This document shows, piece by piece, positions 50,845 to 59,877 of a stretch of 64,000 nt of DNA (positions are counted from its first letter, which is position 1; the number at the start of each line of letters is the position of its first letter). Source of the DNA: Alphaproteobacteria bacterium (lineage in GTDB: Bacteria > Pseudomonadota > Alphaproteobacteria > MPNO01); NCBI GenBank assembly GCA_965248835.1, contig CBDFLJ010000002.1:32001-96000 (forward strand), given 5' to 3'. The notes beneath the pieces were generated by a model. The model saw only the letters and a list, made by a program, of their open reading frames with translations, had not been told where the DNA came from and did not search any database. A program made the translations under genes and the position numbers.

Positions 50845-50883
50845 GCGCGGTCTTCGGAAGTCTCCGGAGCCGCGCCTTTTTTT
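50845..50883 (+). terminator. Intrinsic terminator
   Basis: GCGCGG(T)CTTCGGA-AGTC-TCCGGAGCCGCGC stem followed by T7. Confidence 0.8.
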
Positions 50884-51084
50884 GCCCGGTTCCATAAACA
50901 TTTGGAGTCCAAAACCATGGATAGACTTAATTACCTACCAGAGCTCGGTCGCGTTGTGTCTCCGGGCAACCAACCCGCAAACACGCTCGAACTTGGCTTA
51001 GCGAGGATCGAGATCGCCCGGTCACTATGGGTGGGCCCAATTGTAACGGATCGCCAAGAGCTACATCACAAAGGAGGTTTCAAC

Positions 51085-51324
51085 ATGACATGGCGAATGT
51101 ACCAAGTTAGTAAAACGCACGACGGTAAACGGAAGGTTTCGCTACATTTGATAGCTACTGCGACACGCGACGAGTTGCTCCAGAAAGCAGAGGCCATAAA
51201 GGAATCCCACCTCCCTAAAAAGGAAGGCGTTTTGTACGGATTTTTGGAGACGGCTACCCCGCTAACATACGAAGAGTTGCGTAACCCCAGCCTTCCGAAC
51301 AGGCTAGAAAGATACGATCCGTAG
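51085..51324 (+). CDS. Low-GC 79-aa hypothetical protein
   Basis: AAGGAGG RBS before ATG; natural-looking composition; no family recognised. Confidence 0.55.
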   Translation: MTWRMYQVSKTHDGKRKVSLHLIATATRDELLQKAEAIKESHLPKKEGVLYGFLETATPLTYEELRNPSLPNRLERYDP

Positions 51325-51462
51325 ATCCGCGCTACCCGAGCGAATGCCACCAGGACATGGCCGAGGCGGGCGATGCGCCGTCAGCACCAGAGTAAACAGC
51401 GTCTGGAACAACGATCCGGGCATTCTGTCCCCAAGTCGGGGTTGGAGCTCTTTTGATCGGGA

Positions 51463-51644
51463 GTCGGTGAGGTCGCTCGGATAGCGCAGCTTGTCGCGGT
51501 TGTAGCGGGGGCGGTTCTCGGCGGTCCACATCGGGAACCTCGCGCGTGGCATCGACGCCCCGAGCGAATCACAGCCGATCCAGCCACTTCAAGGTGCAAA
51601 CCGCCTTACCGCTTCTCCGACTCAAAAAGTCCCCGGACGGACAC
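51463..51644 (-). pseudogene. Truncated IS5 (IS1031-like) element: left end plus transposase N-terminus
   Basis: MWTAENRPRYNRDKLRYPSDLTD then abrupt loss of similarity; end GTGTCCGTCCGG next to TTA. Confidence 0.75.
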
Positions 51645-51660
51645 TAAGTATTTCTCTCGC

Positions 51661-51987
51661 CTATGCTTCGATGCTGAGCCTGCCCGGTCGCTCCGAACGG
51701 GATTCTCGAATGACGATGTCGATGTCGCGCCCGAGCGCCGTCAGCAGGCGCAGGAGCCGCTCCATGGAAAACTCTTCAAAGCTGCCCCGGAGCAAGCGGG
51801 AAACATCGGGTTGGGACAGCCCGAGCAGTTTCGCCGCCTCGACCTGCTTGAGGCCGCGCTCGCGGATGATCTTGTCGATCCGGGCGACCAGTTCCGCCTT
51901 GAGCAGGTGTGCTTCGGCGTCCGGGAGTCCCAAGTCCGCGAACACGTTTCCGCTGCTGCGTTCGATCTTCACTTTGTCGGTCTTCAT
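51661..51987 (-). CDS. HigA-like HTH antitoxin
   Basis: SSGNVFADLGLPDAE...LKAEL; QVEAAKLLGLSQPDVS; FSMERL. Confidence 0.9.
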   Translation of the reverse strand: MKTDKVKIERSSGNVFADLGLPDAEAHLLKAELVARIDKIIRERGLKQVEAAKLLGLSQPDVSRLLRGSFEEFSMERLLRLLTALGRDIDIVIRESRSERPGRLSIEA

Positions 51988-52039
51988 CGATCTACTCTCC
52001 GTCGTAATTCTCTCTGTAGTGCTGCCGCGCCGCTCTGAG

Positions 52040-53431
52040 GAGCTATGGCCAGAAGTTGGTGACGGGGTGAAGGGTTAAGGCGGCGTATCGTGGGGGTGAT
52101 CGAGCCTCCACCTCTCCAACGAAGGAGTGATACGCCGTGAGCGACAATAACGTTTTGAAGCTTTCCCAGCCATCGACGTTTTCCGATCCGTTGACCGAGG
52201 TGCTGCGCAGCGGCGCCCGGTCCCTGCTGGCGCGGGCGGTCGAGGCGGAGGTTGCCGCGTTCCTTGATGGCCACTCCGAGGCGCGCACCGAAGAAGGCCG
52301 CCGACGGCTGGTGCGCCACGGCCACCTGCCCGAACGCGAGATCATGACCGGCATCGGCCCGGTTGCGGTTCGCGCGCCACGCGTTCGCGACCGCACGGGC
52401 CTGGGCGCCGACCGCATCCGGTTCAGCTCCGCGCTCCTGCCGCCTTATGCGCGGCGCTCGAAGAGCCTCGAAGTCCTGATCCCCGTCCTCTACCTCAAGG
52501 GCATCTCCACGGGCGACTTCGCCGAGGCGCTGGCGGCCTTGCTCGGGCCGGACGCCGGCGGCTTGTCGGCCTCGACCGTGGCGCGGCTCACCGAGGTTTG
52601 GGCGGACGAGCACGCGCACTGGCTGAAGCGGGATCTGTCGGCCAGGCACTATGTCTACTTCTGGGCCGACGGCATCCATGTGCAGGCCCGGCTCGAGGAC
52701 GATGCGCAATGCCTGCTGGTCATCATCGGCGCGACGCCGGAGGGTAAGAAGGAACTCGTAGGCCTCGTCGACGGGGTGCGCGAGAGCGCCCAATCGTGGC
52801 GCGAGCTGCTACTTGACCTCAAACGGCGCGGGCTCGCGGTCGCGCCCGAACTCGCCATCGCCGACGGCGCGCTCGGCTTCTGGAAGGCGATCGAGGAAGT
52901 GTGGCCCCGGACCCGCAGCCAGCGCTGTTGGGTGCACAAGACCGCCAACATGCTCAACAAGCTGCCCAAGAGCCAGCACTCGAAGGCAAAGCGTGCTCTC
53001 CAGGAGATCTGGATGGCCGAGACCAGGAACGACGCAGACAGCGCCTTCGACGCCTTCATCGAGACCTACGCCGTCAAGTACGACAAGGCGGCCGCATGCC
53101 TGGTCAAGGATCGCGAGACGATGCTGGCGTTCTACGACTTTCCCGCCGAGCATTGGAAGCATCTGCGCACCACCAACCCCATCGAAAGCACATTCGCCAC
53201 CGTGCGACACCGTACCGTGCGATCCAAGGGATGCCTCTCCAACAAGACGGCGCTCGCCATGGTCTTCAAACTCGCCCAGGCGGCACAGAACAGTTGGCGC
53301 CGCCTCGACGGACACAACCAGTTGCCCAAGCTGATCGTCGGCGTAAAGTTCATCGACGGAATCGAAGCCGTCAGGCAACAACCTCAAGCCGCCGCCTGAC
53401 CCAAGCCGTCACCAAGATTCGGCTATAGCTC
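52040..53431 (+). mobile_element. IS256 family element, 1392 bp
   Basis: TIRs GAGCTATGGCCAGAAGTTGGTGACGG / GAGCTATAGCCGAATCTTGGTGACGG; 9-bp TSD CGCTCTGAG (52031-52039 and 53432-53440). Confidence 0.95.
52137..53399 (+). CDS. IS256 family transposase
   Basis: LYLKGISTGD, WADG, DGALGFW, QRCWVHK and RTTNPIES. Confidence 0.96.
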   Translation: MSDNNVLKLSQPSTFSDPLTEVLRSGARSLLARAVEAEVAAFLDGHSEARTEEGRRRLVRHGHLPEREIMTGIGPVAVRAPRVRDRTGLGADRIRFSSALLPPYARRSKSLEVLIPVLYLKGISTGDFAEALAALLGPDAGGLSASTVARLTEVWADEHAHWLKRDLSARHYVYFWADGIHVQARLEDDAQCLLVIIGATPEGKKELVGLVDGVRESAQSWRELLLDLKRRGLAVAPELAIADGALGFWKAIEEVWPRTRSQRCWVHKTANMLNKLPKSQHSKAKRALQEIWMAETRNDADSAFDAFIETYAVKYDKAAACLVKDRETMLAFYDFPAEHWKHLRTTNPIESTFATVRHRTVRSKGCLSNKTALAMVFKLAQAAQNSWRRLDGHNQLPKLIVGVKFIDGIEAVRQQPQAAA

Positions 53432-53761
53432 CGCTCTGAGCCTGCGCCTGACCAGATCGATCTCCTGCTTCGGCGTCGCGATGCCCCGCTTGGCCTTCTT
53501 CTGAAAGGCGTGCAGGACATAGACGGCGGCCTTGAACCGGACCGTGTAGACCGCCCGGTAGGTGTCGCCGCCGTAGCGTGAGACGATCTCCAGGATGTTG
53601 GCGCCCAGCCCCCTGAGCCGCTTGGCGTCGCGGTGCTTGAGCCCGACCTGGGCCTGATACAGCGCAAAGCCGACCGTGGCCCGCACGGCGGTCGGGAACA
53701 TCTTCAGGTCCGTTTTGCTCGAGCCGATCCACTCGACAGGCTTCGGAACGTCCGTGGCCAT
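53423..53761 (-). CDS. RelE/ParE-superfamily toxin (Gp49/Tad-like), C-terminus replaced by IS256
   Basis: WIGSS..DL..FP, TYRAVY and YVLHAFQKK; the original tail ARQHYRENYDGE* lies at 51992-52030. Confidence 0.85.
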   Translation of the reverse strand: MATDVPKPVEWIGSSKTDLKMFPTAVRATVGFALYQAQVGLKHRDAKRLRGLGANILEIVSRYGGDTYRAVYTVRFKAAVYVLHAFQKKAKRGIATPKQEIDLVRRRLRAEL

Positions 53762-53828
53762 ACCTGGCTATAGGTGTTCCACCATATGTGCACAAGCGCA
53801 ATCTTGACGTAGGGGATCGGCGCGCTCC

Positions 53829-54083
53829 TTCACCCGCAAGAACACCGGCATCCCTGTCACCGTCCAAATCCGCGGCGTCACCACGGGTCGTCCCAATGAG
53901 GTCGTGCTGGCGGAAAAGGTCGTCGCCCCCGACAAGATCGCCTTCGGCGGGGAGACCCGGATCGCTTTCGACGATCCCTTCTACGCCCAGGCGAACATCA
54001 GCTACGCCGTGGTACTGCTCACCAACAGCACCGACTACCGGCTGCGTATCGCCAACCTCGGACAGCGGGGGCAGAGGTGTTGA
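53829..54083 (+). pseudogene. Phage structural/tail protein fragment (DUF4815-like C-terminal region)
   Basis: Start-less frame PVTVQIRGVTTGRPNEVVLAE...TRIAFDDPFY....SYAVVLLTNSTDYRLRIANLG. Confidence 0.55.
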
Positions 54084-54370
54084 GTGTTTCTCAGGGCGAC
54101 GCCGTGGTGGACCTCGGGTGCGGCACGGGAGGAAACTTTCGGGAACTGGAACGCGTCGCCACCGCCTCCGGGCGCATCGTCGGCGTCGATCTTAGAGACG
54201 CCATGCTGTGCAAAGCCCGGCATCGCTTGGAAAGCGCGGGATGGGGAATGTCGAGCTGGTGGAAACCGACGCGGCAGACTATGCGTTCCCGGCAATATAG
54301 GAGGCGTCCGGTCCGCGTTCGCGATGACCATGGTTGATGACTACGACGGAGTCATCCGGCGGGGGTGGGG
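54077..54370 (+). pseudogene. Frameshifted class I SAM-methyltransferase fragment
   Basis: VVDLGCGTG...GRIVGVD...ML..AR; continuation NVELVETDAADY in another frame. Confidence 0.65.
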
Positions 54371-54536
54371 GCGGAGGCTCTACGTCCAGGAGGACACCTG
54401 CAGATCCTGGTTTTACGCCCCTGCAGTGGATTTCAGATGGTCTCAACTCTAACTTAAAAGATGGTCTCGTTCGTCGGGGCAGGTCATGCCTTCTTGGGCA
54501 AACGACGGATAATAACAAGAAAACGGGAAATCTTCC

Positions 54537-55754
54537 TTGCAAGCCACCGAAATTTGGCTGCCGATCGTTTCGATAGCCTGTCTGGCGATATTCTTGATGC
54601 CGCGCGTACGCGATAATTCGTTCTGGCGCGCGACAGTGACGCCGCTGGCGTCAATCATCGGGAGCGGGTTTCTCATCGCCGCGCCTCTTCTCGGCGGGAT
54701 CGCTGGAGAATCGAGCCCGTGGATCATGCTTGCGATCGTCGTGTTCTCGTATTGGATCGGATCGGTGATCCGTTTCAACATTCGGTATCTCGAACCTGTA
54801 TTGGCAACGGGCGCGGCTGGGGCGGGACTGCGTTTGACGGAGCGCGCGTCCGAGGTCGCGCTGTTCGGCGCCTATGTCATTTCGGTGGCGTTTTACTTGC
54901 GGCTCATGTCGGCTTTTGTCCTCGACGGGGTTGGGGTCAATGAGCCCATCGCGGCGCGGGTAATGACCACGATCATTCTGATCGGTATCGGCGGCGTAGG
55001 TTGGTGGCGCGGCCTCAGTGCGTTGGAGCGGCTCGAGGAATATTCGGTATCGGTCAAGCTGGCGATTATCGTGGCTTTGCTCGCGGGACTCCTTCACTAC
55101 GACATCGTCAATGGTTTCGGCTCCAATGGGTTGCGACCAGAGTCGCGGCCATTGGTCGACACGATGCGGATGATTGCCGGTCTCTTGCTCGTGACCCAGG
55201 GATTCGAGACGTCGCGCTATCTCTCGGCGGCATATTCCCCATCTCTGCGGATTCGCAGCATGCGACTCGCCCAATGGATCGCTGGGACGATCTATGTGTG
55301 CTTCGCCGTCTTGATCGCATCGCTGCTGCCGCTCCTGCCTTCGGGCCGCCCGGCTGAAACGGCGATCATCGAACTGTCCCGCTATGCCGCTTTGGTTCTG
55401 CCGTTGATGCTTATCGTGGCCGCCGTGATGAGCCAATTCAGCGCCGCCGTTGCGGATACGCTTGGCGCCGGAGGCCTCGTGCGCGAGCAAAGCCGCGGGC
55501 GGTTTTCGCCAGGAACCGGATATCTGATCGCGACGGGTTGCGCGGTCGCGCTGGTATGGAGCGCGAACCTGTTCGAGATCATCGCTTACGCCTCGCGCGC
55601 CTTTGCGGTCTACTACCTTGGCCAGACGGTTCTTGCGCTGCAGTATTCCGTGGCCGAATTGAAAGGACCCCGCAAGTGGCTGGTCGCGATGGGGCTAAGC
55701 GTTATGGCGGCCGCGCTTGTCGGCATCGCGATCTTCGCAATTCCGGTCGGGTGA
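54537..55754 (+). CDS. APC-superfamily-like inner membrane protein
   Basis: ATVTPLASIIGSGF and QGFETSRY; about 12 hydrophobic segments. Confidence 0.75.
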   Translation: MQATEIWLPIVSIACLAIFLMPRVRDNSFWRATVTPLASIIGSGFLIAAPLLGGIAGESSPWIMLAIVVFSYWIGSVIRFNIRYLEPVLATGAAGAGLRLTERASEVALFGAYVISVAFYLRLMSAFVLDGVGVNEPIAARVMTTIILIGIGGVGWWRGLSALERLEEYSVSVKLAIIVALLAGLLHYDIVNGFGSNGLRPESRPLVDTMRMIAGLLLVTQGFETSRYLSAAYSPSLRIRSMRLAQWIAGTIYVCFAVLIASLLPLLPSGRPAETAIIELSRYAALVLPLMLIVAAVMSQFSAAVADTLGAGGLVREQSRGRFSPGTGYLIATGCAVALVWSANLFEIIAYASRAFAVYYLGQTVLALQYSVAELKGPRKWLVAMGLSVMAAALVGIAIFAIPVG

Positions 55755-56245
55755 TCAGGCGGGTTCAGCAGTTTGGCTTGTCGCCGGACAGGTCCTTCGA
55801 GCGCGCGCCACACGATCATGGCCAGCAGGCCGAATGGTTCGATCCCTCATCGCCGGTGCCACGCCTCGTCGACCTGGTGCGTGAACCCTATGACGGCCCT
55901 TACGAGCGGCGCGCCGTCAGCGCCGGAGTGAACAGCGTCGGGAACGACGATTCGGACGTTCTGGCCCCCAGGTCGGCGCTGGAGCTCTTGTGACCGGGAA
56001 GGCGGAAATTGGGGTTAATTGCCACAATCCATGATTTCTCGACCGAAGGGGAAATCCGGGGCAAAAGGACTTCCGCCACCAGACCTCGGAGAACCATCCG
56101 GTGATGTTCGTAAGACTCTGCAAATCAACGGACTACGCATGCCCGTGGTAAGGGAGCGTGCATTGCGGGAAGACTGCAAGCCCTCCACCAACCGGTTCAA
56201 TGATTTGGCGCATGCTCCAGACAAGCTGGACCGGACCGGTGTCGC

Positions 56246-57811
56246 TCAGTTGACCTGACGGTCGCGGGTTGCCCAGTAGGGCGCGCGCAGGCTCTTCTTG
56301 TCGATCTTCTGGTTGGGCAGGCGGGGCAGTGCGTCGAGGAAGACGACCGTCTTGGGCTTCTTGTAGCTGGCGATGAAGCCCCGGCAGTGCTCGATCAGCT
56401 CTTCGGCGCTCGGCGGAGCGTCCGGATCGGCGACGACGAACGCGGTCACCGACTCGCCCCAGCGGTCGTCGGGGACGCCGATGACCGCCGCTTCGGCGAC
56501 GCCCGGATGGGCATGGAGCACTTCCTCGACCTCGCGCGGATAGATGTTCTCACCGCCCGACAGGATCATGTCCTTGATGCGGTCGGCGACGAACAGGAAC
56601 CGCTCCTCGTCGAGGTAGCCGACATCGCCGGTATGCATCCAACCGTCCTCCAGCGCTTCGAGCGTCGCCGGGCTGTTGTTCCAGTAACTCTGCATCACGC
56701 TCGGCGAGTAGCTCAGGATCTCGCCCATCTCTGCGACATCGCAGTCGGTCCCGTCGGGCCGGACGACGCGGATATCGTGGCCCGGCGGCGGCTGCCCCGC
56801 CGAGGCCAGCCGGCGCAGGTCGGTCTCCGATCCGTCGAGCCGGTGATGGTGGGGATAAAGGATCGTGCTCGTCCCGGTCTCGGTCATGCCGTAGATCTGC
56901 ATCAGGATGGGTCCGAAGGCTTCGAGCGCCAGCCTGATATGGGCCACCGGCATCGGCCCGGAGGCGTATTCCAACAACCTGAACGCGGAAAGGTCGTAGG
57001 AGGCGAGATCGGACAGCTTGAGCAAATCGTGGACCATCACCGGCGCAAGATGCGCGAGCGTCACGCGGTGGGCCTCGAGCGCCCGCACCACGGCCGCCGG
57101 ATCGTAGTTTCGGTGCAGCACGAAACTGGCGCCGCGAAGCGAGCAGGCGATCTGATTGCACTTGGCGCCGATGTGGTAGAACGGCATTACCAGGAACATC
57201 ACGTCGTCGGCCTGGATACCGCAGTCCATCGCAGTCTGGCTGGCGAAAGCAAGCTGGCCTTTCTGCCCCAGCATCGCCCCCTTGGGCCGCCCGGTGGTCC
57301 CGCTGGTATAGATCAGATAGGCCGTGTCTTCCTCGTGCGCACGGATCGGCGGCGGCTCGGCCGAGCCGCTGGCGAGCACGCTCTCATACGCCTCGGCCCA
57401 GTCGGGCGCGGACCCGATGCAGATGTATCTGTCGGGCTTGGACAATTCGCCGCGCAGGGCGCCGACGATGTCGGCGTATTGCGACTCGAAGATCAGCAGT
57501 TCGGGCTGGTTGTCGTTCAGGATGTAGGCGATCTCCGGTGCGGCGAGCCGGAAGTTCACCGCCGCGGTGATGTAGCCCGCCGTCTCGCCGGCACCGTAGA
57601 CCTCGATATAGTGCGGGCAGTTCTGGGCCAGGATCGCGACCCGGTCCTGGCGGCGGAGGCCGCGGTCATGGAGCGCGTTGGCCAGCCGGTTGATGCGCGC
57701 TGCAAGCCCGGCATGGCTCCACCGGTGCCCGTCATATTCGAACGCCGTGCCGTTCGGAGCCAGGTGTGCGTTCCGCGCATACATGTCCCCGAGGATCATC
57801 GCCGCCCGCAT
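56246..57811 (-). CDS. Long-chain fatty-acid-CoA ligase-like
   Basis: YTSGTTGRPKG, YGMTE, TGD and SGGENIYP. Confidence 0.92.
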   Translation of the reverse strand: MRAAMILGDMYARNAHLAPNGTAFEYDGHRWSHAGLAARINRLANALHDRGLRRQDRVAILAQNCPHYIEVYGAGETAGYITAAVNFRLAAPEIAYILNDNQPELLIFESQYADIVGALRGELSKPDRYICIGSAPDWAEAYESVLASGSAEPPPIRAHEEDTAYLIYTSGTTGRPKGAMLGQKGQLAFASQTAMDCGIQADDVMFLVMPFYHIGAKCNQIACSLRGASFVLHRNYDPAAVVRALEAHRVTLAHLAPVMVHDLLKLSDLASYDLSAFRLLEYASGPMPVAHIRLALEAFGPILMQIYGMTETGTSTILYPHHHRLDGSETDLRRLASAGQPPPGHDIRVVRPDGTDCDVAEMGEILSYSPSVMQSYWNNSPATLEALEDGWMHTGDVGYLDEERFLFVADRIKDMILSGGENIYPREVEEVLHAHPGVAEAAVIGVPDDRWGESVTAFVVADPDAPPSAEELIEHCRGFIASYKKPKTVVFLDALPRLPNQKIDKKSLRAPYWATRDRQVN

Positions 57812-57847
57812 CCCAGCCCAATTTTCTCCGATTGCATGGATGCGCCC

Positions 57848-58567
57848 CTATAGGCGGAACAGCGGGCTCATCTGAGCGATCGGCGCCGGACGCATCAGCG
57901 TCGAGACCCGGGAGACGACCGCCGCGCGCGTGGCGGCGTCGAAAGCGGCCATCGCCTTGGCCGCAGCAGCCTCGGCATGACGGGCATCGCGGTCGGCAGG
58001 CGAGGCGAAGACCCGGTATCCGAGCACCCGGTGCAAGCGGCCGGTCATGGCGAACCACGTCGCCATCGTCTGGGCACGCAACGGCGCGGTCGCCTCCAGG
58101 CCGGACTCCTTCATCGCCTCCCAATAGAGCGCCAGGCCGCCCGGGCGCAGGGCAATCTCGGTCTCCTCGACCACCAGGTCCGGCTGGTCGGCGAGGTCCC
58201 AGCGCGCGTTGCCGGACCCCGGCAGCCAGTCGTTCCCCTCGCTCCACAGCGGGTTGAGGGCTGCGATCGGCGCAGGCTGGAAGAAATCGGTCTCCTGTTC
58301 GGCAAGCGCCGCCCGCGCACCGGTGAAATAGGACTCCATCTCCGCGATACCGTAGAGCCCGTGCAGCTTGTCGATCCAATCCGCGTGGTCGTCATAGCGG
58401 TAGAGGTGGACGACCTGATCGGCCGGGCCGGTCGCGGTGATGAAATAGCCGATGAGCCGCGACAGGAAGCCGGCCGAGGGACCATCGAAGCCGCGCGCGT
58501 GCTGGAGCGCCATGAAGTCTGCCAGCTTGCCGGGTTGAGGGGTGTATCTGCGCCGCTCGAAGATCAT
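57848..58567 (-). CDS. NIPSNAP family protein (tandem domains)
   Basis: E.RRY...PG...LIGYF...G...QVVHLY.Y pattern, repeated. Confidence 0.8.
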   Translation of the reverse strand: MIFERRRYTPQPGKLADFMALQHARGFDGPSAGFLSRLIGYFITATGPADQVVHLYRYDDHADWIDKLHGLYGIAEMESYFTGARAALAEQETDFFQPAPIAALNPLWSEGNDWLPGSGNARWDLADQPDLVVEETEIALRPGGLALYWEAMKESGLEATAPLRAQTMATWFAMTGRLHRVLGYRVFASPADRDARHAEAAAAKAMAAFDAATRAAVVSRVSTLMRPAPIAQMSPLFRL

Positions 58568-58573
58568 CGCACG

Positions 58574-59734
58574 TCATCCCGGCTGCGGTCGGGTGATATC
58601 GAAGCCCATCAGCACCGAATAGGGTCGAAGCCCGAAATTCATCCAGCGCAGCCCGTCGCGGATCGCCGGCTTGACGTCCTCGAGCGCGCGTACGTGGCGG
58701 TAGTTGATCCGCGCCGCGGTCAGCAACGGTTCTGTCATGTCCCCGGAATCCCCGAAGAACTCCGTCTCTCCGGCATCACCGCGGTATTCGGTGACCAGCA
58801 AGGTCGGGATGCCGAACGTGTAGTGTCCGCGCATGAGCTGGTAGGTCGCGGCGTACAGGCCGAAGTTCTCGATGACGGCGGCCGGGGTCTTGCCGCCGAG
58901 CCAGGCACCGGCGCAGATGCCGATCCCGGTGCCCTCGTTGGCGACGCCGACATAGCGGATCGACTGGTCGTCGATGCAGCGGGCGATGGTGCCGACAAAC
59001 CCGCTGCACGGCAGGCCGATGACGAAATCGACCATGTTCTCGCGCAGGCCGTCGAACAACACCTCGCCGAACGCATCGCCCTCCGCGACGGCGGAGAACG
59101 CGGGGTCGGGCCTGGGCGGCTCGCCGTGCTCGCGCGCGGACGGCTTGAGGATGGGCTTGCCCTCCAGCCGCTCGATATGCCGCACGAAGGTGTACTTGTT
59201 CTCCTTGCCGTCGGTCGGCGAGGTGCCGACAAAGGCCTGCTCGGCGCTGATCTTGGCGACAATCACCGACGGCCCGTCCTCGCACGAGATCGCCTGTTCC
59301 ACCGCGCCGGCGAACGCATCGACGGTGCGCACTTCGTGGACGTTCGCGATGCCCGAGGCGCGCGCAACGCCGGCGATGTCGATCGCGCCGGCCGACAGCG
59401 AGGCGACGGCGGCACCCTGGCCGGTCGAGACGTAGCCTCCGTTGTCGAGGATGACCACGCACAGATTGCTTGGCGCCGATTGTGCGAGCGTGCCGAGCAC
59501 CGAGAGCTCGAACAGGATCCCGCCGTCGCCGTCAAAGGCGAGCACCCGGCGGTGGGGCAGCGCCAGCGCGAGACCCAGCGCATACGGGGTGACCATCCCC
59601 ATGCCCACGAAATAGAGGTTGCCGTCGTGCGGGCGGACCGTGCGCCATTCGGTCGCGGTGTTGGCGAGGTTGGTGATTACCAGCTCGTCGGTGATCTTGC
59701 CTGCGATCGCCTTGAAGCAGTCGTAGCGTTTCAT
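58574..59734 (-). CDS. ThDP-dependent sulfopyruvate/phosphonopyruvate decarboxylase-like protein, beta-alpha fusion
   Basis: N-half GMG...GLALA...DGDG...DN (ComE-like); C-half GLPCS...NEG.GIGICAGAWLGG (ComD-like). Confidence 0.82.
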   Translation of the reverse strand: MKRYDCFKAIAGKITDELVITNLANTATEWRTVRPHDGNLYFVGMGMVTPYALGLALALPHRRVLAFDGDGGILFELSVLGTLAQSAPSNLCVVILDNGGYVSTGQGAAVASLSAGAIDIAGVARASGIANVHEVRTVDAFAGAVEQAISCEDGPSVIVAKISAEQAFVGTSPTDGKENKYTFVRHIERLEGKPILKPSAREHGEPPRPDPAFSAVAEGDAFGEVLFDGLRENMVDFVIGLPCSGFVGTIARCIDDQSIRYVGVANEGTGIGICAGAWLGGKTPAAVIENFGLYAATYQLMRGHYTFGIPTLLVTEYRGDAGETEFFGDSGDMTEPLLTAARINYRHVRALEDVKPAIRDGLRWMNFGLRPYSVLMGFDITRPQPG

Positions 59735-59877
59735 CCTGGCCTCCGAGAGGTCGCCGCCCGTCTCCCATCAAACCCGCCTGGCACGGCGGTGACAAGACGG
59801 CGCCGGACACCGGTTGCCGGCCGCCCCAACAGGGACCATCATCGCGCGCGGCAACAGACCAACGGGAGGCACCGGAA

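Larger units (their letters stand above)
49560..50883 (+). ncRNA. Candidate group I ribozyme-like structured RNA, interrupted by IS5
   Basis: P/Q/R/S-like motifs and P3, P4, P6, P7, P8, P9 pairings found by hand; G-U wobbles and GNRA loops favour the + strand. Confidence 0.55.
49315..56190. mobile_element. Decayed tRNA-Ala-integrated island/prophage remnant
   Basis: Visibly lower GC; IS elements, TA pair and phage gene fragment; IHF consensus TATCAATGAGTTG (49539-49551); repeats TATTCTCYGTTC; CTCCACCA copy of the tRNA 3' end at 56183-56190; no integrase seen. Confidence 0.7.

Noticed and set aside
51330-51460. Possible serine-recombinase fragment (D..YSGA)
   Set aside because: The match is too short and has no supporting motifs
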